A stretch of DNA of 62,837 bases, counting the filler, from Choristocarpus tenellus KU-1152 (lineage: Eukaryota; Protista; Phaeophyceae): NCBI GenBank assembly GCA_964200185.2. It is 9 parts of 9 records of this genome, joined end to end, with 100 filler letters (N's around TTAATTAATTAA, not from the genome) between each part and the next. Parts side by side here need not be neighbours in the genome. Positions count along the whole stretch, not along the records: positions 39,090 to 53,369 come from CAXNAD020001238.1; positions 53,470 to 58,150 come from CAXNAD020013484.1; positions 58,251 to 62,837 come from CAXNAD020013894.1; 6 more parts are not named here. One strand, given 5' to 3'. The position numbers and the translations under genes are program-made. Shown here piece after piece: positions 50,701-62,837 of this stretch. Position 1 is the first letter of the stretch. Each line of letters opens with the position of its first letter. The notes under the pieces are model-generated. The model saw nothing but the letters and a program-made list of their open reading frames with translations, searched no databases and had not been told where the DNA came from.

Positions 50701-51279
50701 AATGGGGATAGGGGCTCTCTTCTTTGTATCACCCTCAATACTCCTTGAGTACTATACAACGATTCAAGTATAAAGTATTATAATTGGCAAAACACCTTTT
50801 GCATCAACTCAGCATCTGCTTCACACCAAATAAACCTTCCGATTGCTTTACTGCATGAAAAACATATGCATGCACCATAACAAAAGCGATGAACAGGGGA
50901 CAGTGCTGAGGGAGGTGATGCCTCCCAGTGGGAAACTCCCAAAATACCTGGGGTATCAGGGATACATACACAAGCACAGAGCACACAAAAAGAATCTCTT
51001 GCACACAATAAGCGTAACACCAAGAGATGGTCTTCTACTTGGTGTGTTCCAGACAGAAACAAAATAATCCATTTCCTCCACCAAGCACGCCTCAACTGCA
51101 CTCAGATGATGAGTTCCTTCCCTTGTGGAGACCAACACACCAGCCTCAACAGCACCTTGCAGCACATTATAGACCACAGTGCACAGTCAGGAGGGTCAAA
51201 CCTTGTCAAACCTTGTCAAAATGAACAGAAAATGAATAGACAGAATATGTCGTGACATTCTTATTGACATCAGACACAA

Positions 51280-52354
51280 TCAGTCATCCAACGTTGCCGC
51301 TGCCACTGCCGCTTCTGCTTCTGCCAAGCTAGCAGCCATACTAACTGCCATCCCGCCTCCCCCAAACTTGCCCCCACTCTGGTGACCACTGCCATGCTGT
51401 ACCACGGGAGGAACAGTTTGCACCTTATGCAAGAGCATGCTAAAGGCACCACCTCTGCCCCGAAATCCACTTCCTGGTGTCACTGGTCCAGGAACAAATC
51501 CATCAACAGCTGGTAGTGACAGAGGAGACAATCCACCACCTCCAACCCGCCCAACCACCTGCTGCTGTCCTTTGGCTCTACTGATATGGTTCCCTCCAGC
51601 TTCACCATCCTCTGTGGGGAACGCATCAGTGCTGTCTATCTTCCCAGGAGGGGAAAGATCTATCCCTGACCCCCCACTGCCCAGGTCACTTTCATTGGGG
51701 GAATGGCGTGATAGCACAATAGTTTGGGTAAGGGGAGGTTCTGGGCTAGCAGCTCGTGAGCCTGGGCGAGAGCCATTGCCACCTCCTGCACCGCTACTCT
51801 CTACTAAGGCTTGAGCAAGTATGTGTTCAATTTTCGCCCCAGAGCGCCCTCTCCTCTGATAGTCTCGAAGAGCCTGTCCCAAAGAAATACACACATAAGA
51901 AACAGAGCCATGGACATATGATTAACATGTAAGGTACCAGGGTTGTGTATAGCACAGCACTTACACCAAAGCTCTATTGATCAAGGGCAACCAAATGAAA
52001 TGTAGGTAACTTACCTTGATGACCCCTTCCTTCTCACCTAACAGCCTACAGAAGAACACTACATCAACTAGAAACCCACCAGCCAGCCTCAACACAAAAC
52101 CTGGTATAGCACGCACTGATGCCCTTCTGCATACCTATAAACAAAGCAAACAGATCAAAACTCCACAAGCACCATACACCCCATGATCATGTCCTACTTC
52201 CCTGTTGTCACTGAGGTGTACACTGATCAACGCTATACACAATTCTCACTTGTCGAGTCACATCACTGAGGTCTCCAAGATCAAACCCAGAGCCACAGAC
52301 CTCCCTCCACACCTTCAGCTGCATATTCAGCCTCTTCAGCGCCCGCACATATGC
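51280..52354 (-). CDS. Hypothetical protein, last three exons (Gly/Ser-rich disordered C-terminus); partial
   Basis: Phase-0 GT-AG exons 52354-52301 (AYVRALKRLNMQLKVWRE), 52134-52015 (VCRRASVRAIPGFVLRLAGGFLVDVVFFCRLLGEKEGVIK) and 51873-51280 (ALRDYQRRGRSGAKIEHILAQALVESSG...AAATLDD*). Confidence 0.65.
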
Positions 52355-53469
52355 CTAGCAGGTTACATAGAAAACCACACAATAGCAGAGCAAAGAAATA
52401 CACACACATACAATTCAGCCAGAAGTCAAATGCGTATGTGTTGAGGAGGTAAAGTCAAGATCCCCTTCCTGGGAAGATTGAGGTAAGCACAAGAAGTGAA
52501 TGCCATTACAACTCCTTCCCATTGCTGCAGTAACAATGAACCCTAACCCTAACCCTAACCCCAGTCCCCCGCCCACTTCTTGAATATGTATGCTTTAATG
52601 AGGCAATCAATATCAATACAATGGAGTCAAGTTTTCATGTCATACCACAGTAGAAGTACTCAACAAAAAACTGATGAAACTTGACAACACGGTACAATTG
52701 AACAGTGCAAAGCAATATCCTAAGCAATATCCTCAACTTTAAGTCCTAACCCAAACAGTGGTTCTAATGTTGATCCAACCAGAACATTTACATTACAAAT
52801 CATGCATGACTCCCCCCAAAATAAAGAAAGGCAAACATAGCCTTTCCCATAGCCTTCAAATAGCAAGCACAATAAACCTTTGCACATATCACCACATTAA
52901 AGTTCCATCAGAGCCCCACACTGAAACTTGAGGCACTACCCACCCATCCAAGACCCCAACCATGGATAAGACACACAACACTCTCACATGTATTATCTAA
53001 CCTGAACGAATTATTGTGTAACACTACCCACTATGAGTACCTGCAAACTAGGTGTACACCATTGTGCTCATACCCTACCTGTCAACAGCTCATTGACACT
53101 TGGATAGGCTTACTCTGAGGGGCTTACTCTATTGTAGAAAACCTCTTACAATTACTGATGACCCACCCCACAGGATGTTAATTTCACATCACAGTAGTGG
53201 TAGTAGTAGTATTAGTATACCCTTCAATAGTGAAAGTACCCTCTCAAGTCAACAACTCTAACAAAATAACATTAAAAAATAAAAAATGAAAAAAAGACAA
53301 AGTGCTAATTCCGACTTTTTGGCTCTGCTTTTTGCATCACCTCCCCCCCGCCAACCCCAACCGCACACGNNNNNNNNNNNNNNNNNNNNNNNNNNNNNNN
53401 NNNNNNNNNNNNNTTAATTAATTAANNNNNNNNNNNNNNNNNNNNNNNNNNNNNNNNNNNNNNNNNNNN

Positions 53470-53548
53470 ATGCACTTTTCCTTATTTTGGTCCAAATGGA
53501 CACCCTGGTCTAGACCCCCCCCTCCCCCCACCTCAGATACTTTAGTTC
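53470..53548 (-). mobile_element. MITE family B, partial copy at contig start
   Basis: TGCACTTTTCCTTATTTTGGTCCAAATGGACACC...CAGATACTTTAGTTC, the reverse complement of the left part of 60121-60306. Confidence 0.75.
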
Positions 53549-54174
53549 AGAACGACACAACAGTTGATATCTCTTCAAGCTTCTATCTTAAGTACTAAAC
53601 TTCAATAAATTGGGCGACAGCCCACAAACCTGAAGTGTATGACACATAACACATCACATTGAGAATTTAGTCACGTTTTGCAGTAGGCAAATCGTGTGAG
53701 ACTAATGATCAATTTTATATAATATTTCTACTCTTGTGTTAAACTGACACAAACGAATATAGTAATTAGGGTAAGGTGTCAGAAATCAAGGTGCAAGATT
53801 TCAAGGAAGTCAATGAAGAAGGTCCAGAGCGAATGACGAAGACGGAAAGCCACGGAGCTAGTTCTATAGCATCATATAGGCTACTAGAGCAATCACAGTA
53901 TTCTGTAGCACTCCGAGTAGTCGGTCGGACTCTGTACAAGAATATATCATACATGCAATGTATGTGATAAATCGTGTAACATTACTATTTGTATGAGTGT
54001 TTGATTTGGACTTGAATAGTATCATGCAAATAGGTAGAAAATGAAACTGGCATTGTCTTTTAGTGGATTCCTTGATTTATGTATCTTGATGTCTGGTAAT
54101 ACCAAAACCCCTTTCATGGTTTTGGGGTTCACCCCTTTCATAATTCTCTTGGTACGCATTCTATCTCTTACACA

Positions 54175-55897
54175 GATAGAAGGACCATACACAATACAAG
54201 ATGTTTTCGCAAGTCCTCCTGTGTCGATATCCTTGTGCAAATCGGACTGGCGGTGGCAGGAGATATATATCTACTATGCGAGATATGTTTCTACTATGCT
54301 GTACCTGGTTTGTAAATGCAGAAGATAATCTAATTTACAGGATTATTCTCAAGTCCTCCTCTATCGATATTCTTGTGCCAATTTTACTGGGCTGGCGACA
54401 CCACTTGTGGGTATACGGAGATATTTCTATTACTGTGCTATACCTGACTTGTAGCCGCCCAAAGAGGAGTTACGTTTCGAGAGGTTTTATTGCAAGTCAT
54501 TATGTGTCGGTGTCGTTGTGCAGATTTGATTGGTGACTCCACATGTACGTGTAAAGAGATCTTTGTATTTTGTTGTATCTGAGTTGTAATTGGTGAAGAG
54601 GACCTACATTTCGAGATTTTCTACCAATTCCTCCTCTATCGATATCTTTGAGCAAATTTGACTGTCCACATCATCACCTATAGATGTGAAGATATATTTA
54701 TACTATGTCGTACCTGTACTATAGCCGTCAAAGAGGTGGTAAAATTATCAATTTTTTCAGCAAGCCCTCCTGCATCCATAACTTCATGCAGAAAATACTG
54801 GAGACTCCAAATGTAGATTTGAAGATATATTTCTACTTTGGTTGTACCTGCTTTGAAATTGACAAAGAAGGGGTATATTACGAAAAAAATTACAAGTCGC
54901 TCCGTATCAGTATCTCCACGCCAATTGGACTGGCGACAACACGTGTAGGTGTGTTAAGAAATGCTTTTACTGTGTTTATCTGTTCGGAATTGTCAAAGAA
55001 GAGGTGCGTTGCCAGATATTATTACAAGTCCTCGCGTATCAATGTAATTGTGCCAATTGGATTGGTGACACCACATTCAGGTGGCAAGAAATACTTCTAC
55101 CGAGTTGTACCGGATTTGTAAATGAAGAAAAAAAGGAGCCACACTACGAGATTTTGTCACATGTCCTCCTGTGTCTGTATTTTTGTGCTTATCTAATTTT
55201 GCTGGCGACACCATCTGATGGAGGTGGTGAGAGATATCTCTCCTATAATCTACCTTATTTGTAACTGCCAAAGAGGAGTTACATTTCTATATTCTTCTCC
55301 AGATCCTCTGCATCGATATCTTTGTGCAAATTGGACCGGTGACTCCACATAACGGCCGATTTCAAAAATTGAGGATGGAGCTTTTCATTGAGGATGGGCT
55401 TGACCCAAAATTGACTGGGATAAAGTATCGATATGTATTTTTTTATAAATTATTAATTTGAAATCGGCTGTTACATGTAGGCACGAAGAGATACATCTTA
55501 CCCTGTTGTACTTGTATAGTAACTGAGTGCGAAAGAGGACCTACATTACGATATTTTTTTGAAAGTAGTCTTGTATCGATGTCTTTGTATAGATTGGACT
55601 GATAATACCTCTTGTAGGTGCAAAGAAATGTTTTTATTGCAGTACATCTGTTTTGTAACTGCCAAAGAGGACCTACATTATTACGACATAATTTCGCATT
55701 ATTTACTGATGTATCTGTACCTTCGTGTAACTTGGACTGACGACGTATCCTGTAGGTGGTCACAAAAATATCTCGATTGTATCGTACCTGTTTTGTGACT
55801 GTCCAAAAGGGAGGTACATTACGAATTTTTTTCGCAAAGTCCTACTGTATCGATATCTTTGTGGAAATTGGACTTGCTGCACAAGCTCTCCTGTAGC
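54175..55897. repeat. Diverged tandem array, ~12 units of ~132 bp
   Basis: Unit starts (AAAGAGGACCTACATT-like) near 54177, 54321, 54461, 54595, 54730, 54864, 54995, 55130, 55270, 55532, 55664, 55805; recurring CAAGTCCTCCTGTATCGATATC, AATTGGACTGGCGACACC and TTGTAACTGCC motifs. Confidence 0.88.
55351..55472. mobile_element. MITE family C (122 bp) inserted in the tandem array
   Basis: TIR AACGGCCGATTTCAAA / TTTGAAATCGGCTGTT; 4-bp TSD ACAT, consistent with the empty site GACTCCACATGTA in another unit (54535-54547). Confidence 0.85.
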
Positions 55898-58100
55898 CAG
55901 AGGGCAGCACTCAGTACCCACGACCCATCACCCAGCACCCAACCAGGCTTGCTCACGACTTATTGAACAGGTGGTGAGTGGTTAGGCAAAGGGCAATAGG
56001 CAAAGCGGTCCTGCTGCGTGGTCGGTTGGTGGTACAACCCATAATTCAAGAACAGGTCGAATTTCTTACGGAAATGGAAAGGTGATACACAATAGATATA
56101 TACAAAAACTCTATGCATGCAAGGATTCGAACTCTTTTCTTGGACGGCTTAACCCCTATATTCTGAAGAGAAAATATACTCAAGGTCGAGACTGGCCTGT
56201 GGCGTCAAGTTCAGGTCAAGGCCATCCCCCCACCCCCAACACCACAGGTAAGGTGCTTTCTATAACCCCAATATTCCCCTCTTCCTACAGGAGATAGTAA
56301 GCAAATGGAACTTTCCTCCCAATAATCTACACCTCCACCAGGAAATCTCAACCGCAGTAGGAGCTTTCGTGGTCACGGCACACTATGTGCGCCACACGCC
56401 AAGCAAGGTTGTGTTGGCGTCTACGCTCTGCCGCTTTTCACTCGAATCGAACCAGCGGTTCTCTTGCCCACCCCGCCAACACTGATAATATACTATATTT
56501 GATACCCCCTTCCAAAAATGACACTGCTCGACAAAATGAACAAATAAATTCTGAACGATGTTGATAAATTTCCCACACATTAATATATACTTCGTATAAA
56601 ATATGGAACATGAAATGACAAGCAATTTTCTCCCATACTGTTAGAATTAGCAGTAGTATTGATGCTAATAGTACAGCCAACACGGTATAGTGGTATCATC
56701 TGCAGAAACATCGCTATCCATTCAAAATCTTGAAAGTACCAAGCATACTAATAGCTCGATCATGCAGAGCGACAAAAAGCGTGGACTAGTAGAGGCAATA
56801 GATGTTCCTCTAAAGTATTCAGTATACATACCCGATGCATATTCAGCATGGAGTGAGAGTTATCTCTGAAGTCATAATTACATTAAAAATCGTCAGAACA
56901 AGATGAGGAGGTAGGCAACACATAGGAAAATCACATTCTAAACATATATTTGCACCTATACATACTCAATATGCCATGTGTATCCGCTCACTCTGCAACA
57001 TCCCCTACAACCTTCAATGCCACCCTGAAACCAGTTCTGCCACAGGTTCCAATTGTATCCCCCCAATATAGATTCCAAGTATGTAGAGGAAGCACGCAAA
57101 GGTTATGATTGGTCCAAACCACTCCTTTGACAAAATGAACAACTGTCGGAGAAAGTGGGAACTCAGATTCCTCGCGTAAAATTACTCGGGTATGATGGTA
57201 GGACATTTCAATAGCTGCAATCTTTCTAGCACACAGATCCAGAGCAGCATCAAATAAAATGTCCACAACAATGTGGTCTCTATGTATCCATGGCTAGTGC
57301 ATCTCAAAGTAAGGATTTCCGACACATGGAACTTGTCTGTGCAAGTATGCAAACTATACCTGGGTAAGGAGAGAGGAAGTCGGTTTATCCACCTTGCAAA
57401 TATGAACAGTGGAAAAAATGTAAATCTCAACGGGGTTTGATCTCGGCATTCATTCATCTAAAAATGACTTTCAAAACTTTCATCAAACTGTCAGTTACTC
57501 GTAGACATGTATTTAGTACCGAAGGTGATGTGAATAATCATGTAAATAATTACAGGAATCTTGTCAGTCAGAGAAACGAACCAATCACGAAACGATCCAT
57601 CGTCGTTGACTCTGGACTTGGAATTGTTCTTACTGACCAGAAACATGTCGCCCTTTCACCATTAGGGAACAGATAGTCTGTTCCAAAGGATAAATAAAAT
57701 GGAGGCATTTCAGTTCATTCATTGAAGTTGACATTTCATGTTAGGGTTCGGTGAAAAACCTAACATTTTTGTCCCCCCTCCCCCCCCAAAAAAACTCAAG
57801 TGCCAGACTGTAACCTCTGAGTCACCTGCCTAGCCCTAAGGCACCAGCATCAACAAAAAAGAATAAGAAATGTTGCACACACCATCCCTTTCAACATCGG
57901 TCTGATACCTGCTCCACTGAGCACACCAAAGTGGTTGGGGGTAGGCACAAAATGCACACACAAACCAAAGATGACCACTACCAGAACACCACAACACGCC
58001 TACCTAACACCCAACTTCACAATAACAACTCTATACACACACACAAACACACACACACTACATTGAACAGCTCTGGAGCTGCCCAACACCTCCATCACAC

Positions 58101-58138
<38 letters not shown>

Positions 58139-58250
58139 ACCCCCCCACACNNNNNNNNNNNNNNNNNNNNNNNNNNNNNNNNNNNNNNNNNNNNTTAATT
58201 AATTAANNNNNNNNNNNNNNNNNNNNNNNNNNNNNNNNNNNNNNNNNNNN

Positions 58251-58442
58251 TTGGCGGCTGCTTGGGTGCTGGGGAGGGCGGTGTGGTGTGGGTCAACACC
58301 AGGGTGTCCATTCTGGCCCTGATCATAAGAAGTGCTCTTACATTATCCATCCTATGCATGCAACCAAATTAACCAATAATTGCGACATGGAAAAAAAGGC
58401 CCCGAATGGACATCCGCCACCCCCACCCAGATACTTTGAGCC
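58251..58442 (+). mobile_element. MITE family B copy with degraded left end
   Basis: Internal CATTATCCATCCTATGCATGCAACCAAA and end CCCAGATACTTTGAGCC match 60121-60306. Confidence 0.75.
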
Positions 58443-58710
58443 AACTATGAACGTAACATTGCACGTAGTATCCTTTGCAGTTAGACCATGCTGGTGAACA
58501 AGACTGTTCTGCAATGTTGTGCTGGATGGGTTTTCAAGGCAATAATCAGTGCAAAATTGGAAATGCGCACGATATGCAACTAGGCCTAGGGGAAAACACC
58601 ACTATCACGTCCTCCTCGCACGCTCTACATTCCCTTTTGACGCTCCCGCCGCCCCTGTGTCTGCGTGCCCTTCCCCTGCGACAACCATTGCTCTCACTTC
58701 CACCCTCAAG

Positions 58711-61700
58711 TACGCCGCATTTCTTTGGCTGTTGTTGGAGACGATAACCCAAAGCAACATCATTCCGCCAAGTTTCAAAAAGGACCGGGACATCGAGTGC
58801 ATCATGGAAAAGGATGTTACAACGGGGTTGGAGGGTGGCCACAGTGCCAAGGAGCGGTGAGAGGTGCAAAGTAACTTTAAGCATGTTCAGTGTTGGGCGG
58901 TTGTAATCAGATTGCCTGGCAGGTAGGAGGCGAGATTGTGTTCGAGTTGGGAGTGAGGGGAACAGTACAAACGCAGGTGAACATACTCATCTAGCACTAC
59001 CATGGCATGCCCACCCCATGAAGGACTGACTACGAACTACCTCTCCCAGTGACCTTACCACACGGTCCTGAGCAGTAAGGATGCATCAAATGCATCAGTT
59101 TCAGCAGGACTGCAGTCAGTGCGGCATCAAGCTTCTTCCTCCATAAAATGTGTGTGTGTGCGCACTGTCACACTTTACGTCGCCACCACACAGTCTATGT
59201 TGTCATACCTCATTGCCTCAACCATCCACCCCCACAATTCTTTATTCTCCTGCAGTGGGTGCTACCCCTTTCTCCTATCACATCGTTTTTCACATCTTCT
59301 CCTACCAAATCCCATACATGCATATATATATATTTATTCTTATCCCCCCCTAGACATATGGGAGTCACGGAAGATCCAGCAGGCTTCCTTCTTCCCCAAT
59401 CTGGTACTTCTGATCCCAAGGCAACCATCTCCCCCAAGCTAAAGGATGTCCATTTTGAACGAATGCAAGCACTTCGTGTCCGCCTTGAGGCCCTCAAAGA
59501 AATTCGTGCCAGATTTGCGCCACCCAATCCCGGCTTGAGGGATAGCAGAGGAACTGTCGGTGATGGGAGTGACACAGGCAAAGGAGACCGGGCCCCATTC
59601 GGAGGTGGCAATGAGGAGAAGACATGGTGCCAATGGCCAAGTCCACGGAAAGACATAGGTCTAAGCAGATACTCAAGAGATGTATCGGATCATCAAGTCC
59701 CTCAGTGGGATATTGCAGGGGGTGCAGGAGTGCCTGGAGATGAAACAGGACCATTAGAAGTCATCTTGGACGAATGCAAGGGTGAAATATCTCCAAGAAG
59801 TACACAATCCCTCCACAGGAAAGCGGCACTAGCAAGCAGCGGCCTACAGAAAAGCATTTTGGTTGATGAAGTAGCCATCAACTCTTCTGTGAGTATGTGA
59901 GTTGCTTTGTATTTCAAGCTTTCCGGTGTTCCTTTTTTTATTACTCTATCTGAGATTTTCCTTCAAGTAAGTAGTCCTACAGCATCCTCTTTCAAACATG
60001 GAGAGTACCACCATTCCCTTCCCTACTGTACTCACCTAGCACAAAGACATTCAAAGCACCACCTCCAGTCCTAATTCAAGGAAAGTTCGTTAAATATGCG
60101 CACCTGCCTCTTCCACGAGTTAACCAAAATACCTGGGGGGGAGGGGGGGAATCTACACCAAGGTGTCCATTTGGCCCAAAATCAGGAAAAGTGCATTTAC
60201 ATTATCCATCCGATGTATGCGACCAAATCACCCAAAAATTACGACATGAAAAGATTGACCCCAACTGGACAGCGGCCGCCCCCGCCCCCCCCAGATACTT
60301 TGAGCTGAGTATGTACATGACTATATGATCTTTAGATTCAGTTGAACTTGAACTTGAACAACCACTTACCACATACAAAGCCTTTGCCTTGGGGCTCACT
60401 TCTTCGCACACCAACAGAGAAGAAACAATAACAGCACAATGCCACATCTCAGAGTGACCATCTTTATCAGCCTCACTTTCATACATTTCCCTCGAGTTGT
60501 GCTTGCATCACCATGGCACTGTGCCTGCAATATACTACCACACTCTAGTCCAAGCTCGCAAAGCAGTGCAAATAAGCCCGTACCTCCGTGCCCCTATTTA
60601 CTTCTAAGAACATAGATTTAAAAAAACAAGTGCATTCCCCCCCCCCCCCAAGAACCTCCATGACATTTTATACCATTTTGCTTTCCACATAGACCTCCTC
60701 TCCTGTCCGGTTCCATCAACTGTTCATCTAACCCTTAGCCAGCCCTTTACCCACCCCATGCACACGATGATCCGTTGCATCCCTTGGTATGATTTGAAAA
60801 AAACAGTCACTGACACCCCACAGAATAGAGGATCCTACTGCATCTCCATCTACCTTCACCCCCCAATCCCAAAATGGTGGGGACATTCCACTTGTTACCC
60901 CCCTCTGCTGGTTGAGGAACAGTATCCCCCATGCAACAGCCAAGGGTACAGGGAAGAGCGATTTTGGGGTAGGTTGCAACATTCAGCAGGATAGATGCGG
61001 TGTAGGAGAGCAAGAACCCTGGAAAGAGAACGAAGGGGAAGCAAAGAACAAGAAGAACGACTCTTGGGAGAGTGAGCAAGTGAGGGAATCGCTGCACAAA
61101 GGAGTTGATTATCGCAGTGCCCAGGGAAAAACCTGGAGAGAATGGATAGGCAAGGGGAGTGGACAGAGGGTAGAGGGCATGAAAATTGAGGGAAGTGCAG
61201 AGGATGAAGGAAGCATAGAGAGGGGCGAGGAGGGGGCGGGGATTGAGATAGAGGACTCCAAGTGGAGTTCAAGGGTCCAAAACGGTTTGGAAAGAGGGAA
61301 GCCGGGGGAAGATCAGCTGGGGTACTGCCACAGTGATGACGATTCCCTAAACTTATCAGACACATGGTTGGGTCATAAGGAGGCGATAGAAGAGAAGAGG
61401 TGTAATTTGGGTAGGGAGAAACAGCAACAGGATCATATCAATGAACGGCCTGTGGATACCCCAGGAGCAGATGGGGATGGGGATGTAAAGAGGGTAAACA
61501 ACATGGGTGGGGAAAGGGAGAAGATGGGAGCACCTACACAGAGGGTGAGTGTAGGGGGGGCTAGAGTGATGGTTAGGATAGATGGTGGGGGCATCAGTTT
61601 TCAAGGAAGGACAAAATTTACAGCTGTGAGAAAAAAGATCAAATAAAGAGCAACACGATATTCTTGATAGAGCTCCAAGCAAGACCTTCGCTGGGTAACA

Positions 61701-62557
61701 CTTTGCTGCGTCCCGCCTTTCAAAGGAGAAATCTGGGACACTATCCTTCTTGACACACCGCAGTTTAATTTTTCTTCCTTGAAGGCGACACTTTTTGAGT
61801 GCTTTTTTGAAATACTAGTACGTATCATGTGAACATAGTATGTACCACCATAAAAACTGTCCCACTCGTTTCCTCCATCGATAATTAGTCAGCAACACGT
61901 CGGGATGTGCTTGGGAACTTGAAGGTATGTAGCAGTAAAGCTGGCCCTATGACTGATGGGGAGAGCGGGAGGAATCACAACGAGCATTGCACTCCCAGCT
62001 TTTGGGGTGGCATCTCTCACATGCCCGACAAGGTGCTGGCACTGCTTACCGGTTATGCTTATTGAGATTCAATGACTTCAGGGTGTGGTATTCCAAGGAT
62101 CTCCACTCACAGCAAGCCCTCTTAGAAACGTTGTGGGGAATCTTGGTGCATGTCTCTTCAACAAGAAGGTCTTGTGTGTTTTGAGATGATACAATTACTA
62201 TGGTTGTGATCTGTGCTGTCAGTTGCCAGCGCATTTACCTGCTGAGAGGGGGGCAGGGGAGGGTAAGGAGTTGTGTGTATGTTTGTGCCTGCCCCTTTGC
62301 CCTCATGTTTGTGTCTGTGTGTGAGTTTTGTTGTTGTTCAAGCAGTGAAGCATATATATACCCAGCCCTTCCCTCATTGAATCCTAAAATGTATATATAA
62401 TTTTAGTGCTGCTACCTCTTTGGCAGGCGTGGGAGGAAATCATTGCAATGGCAAAGGCGGAACGGGAATCCAGCATTGATATCACACAGCTGCAACCTAC
62501 CAAGCTTTCAGGCAACAACAAGCAGCACTCTCTCGCTCAGAAAAAAAGTGCAGACAG
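58711..62557 (+). CDS. Hypothetical protein, internal exons; partial
   Basis: Phase-compatible exons ~58711-58856 (YAAFLWLLLETITQSNIIPPSFKKDRDIECIMEK...KER), 59354-59888 (HMGVTEDPAGF...HFERMQALRVRLEALKEIRARF...AINSS) and 62427-~62557 (AWEEIIAMAKAERESSIDI...); outer boundaries uncertain. Confidence 0.6.
60121..60306 (+). mobile_element. MITE family B, full copy (186 bp), intronic
   Basis: TIRs TAACCAAAATACCTGGGGGG / CCCCCCAGATACTTTGAGCT; 4-bp TSD GAGT (60117-20, 60307-10). Confidence 0.82.
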
Positions 62558-62780
62558 GTGGCCCTTCAAACATTTAGACAAATCTAGGTGGTGGTGATTC
62601 GTGTATTCACAAGCAACTGATGTACCTTGCACTATTTGATGTGGAATGGAAACTAAGGGCAATCTGAGAATCGGAATAGGGCATCAATCATAGGCCATCA
62701 CTCTTGGAGAGCATCCACCTGCCTTCCACTTGACCTTGCAGAGCTTGAGTCACTGGGAAAATAAGCCTTGTTTTCGTTTA

Positions 62781-62837
62781 GGGTCAAAGTGTCTGGGGGG
62801 AGGGGGGGGGGGGGGTTTGTGAGGAGGCGTCCGTTTC
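62781..62837 (+). mobile_element. MITE family B-like terminus at window end
   Basis: GGGTCAAAGTGTCTGGGGGGAGGGG. Confidence 0.6.

Noticed and set aside
54175-55897. Possible CRISPR-like array
   Set aside because: Whole units are homologous and divergent; no invariant short repeats with unique spacers; no cas genes; eukaryotic context.
53770-56081. Possible plus-strand pseudogene exons flanking the tandem array
   Set aside because: Phases match but stop density is near random expectation; no recognisable protein.
6053-58250. Eight identical TTAATTAATTAA motifs flanked by N runs
   Set aside because: Artificial six-frame-stop contig linkers, not biology; ORFs containing X and gene adjacency across them are artefacts.

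Overview
Eukaryotic nuclear DNA. The window is a concatenation of nine contigs joined by artificial N44-TTAATTAATTAA-N44 linkers (6053-6152, 13057-13156, 18381-18480, 28495-28594, 33533-33632, 38990-39089, 53370-53469, 58151-58250), so neighbourhood across linkers is meaningless. Short exons with long introns, interstitial TTAGGG, a nucleus-encoded plastid-type S21 and CpG decay suggest an ochrophyte or brown-algal-like host (inference). Manual splicing recovers genes the ORF track misses: five exons of a USP7-like deubiquitinase catalytic domain, a three-exon ribosomal protein bS21, the last exons of a puromycin-sensitive (M1) aminopeptidase, two orphan multi-exon gene fragments and a tRNA-Thr(AGU). 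Most of the rest is decayed TEs: a Ty3/Gypsy, a Ty1/Copia, a two-gene PIF/Harbinger, two LTR fragments and at least four MITE families. Most notable: an abundant ~258-bp GAG-terminated MITE (11 copies) that nests into itself and makes both 3-bp and 4-bp TSDs; a hAT-like MITE carrying telomeric repeats; an orphan 258-codon ORF restored by removing a MITE; and a diverged ~132-bp tandem array whose by-eye consensus is an open 44-codon unit. No CRISPR or prokaryotic defence system is supported.
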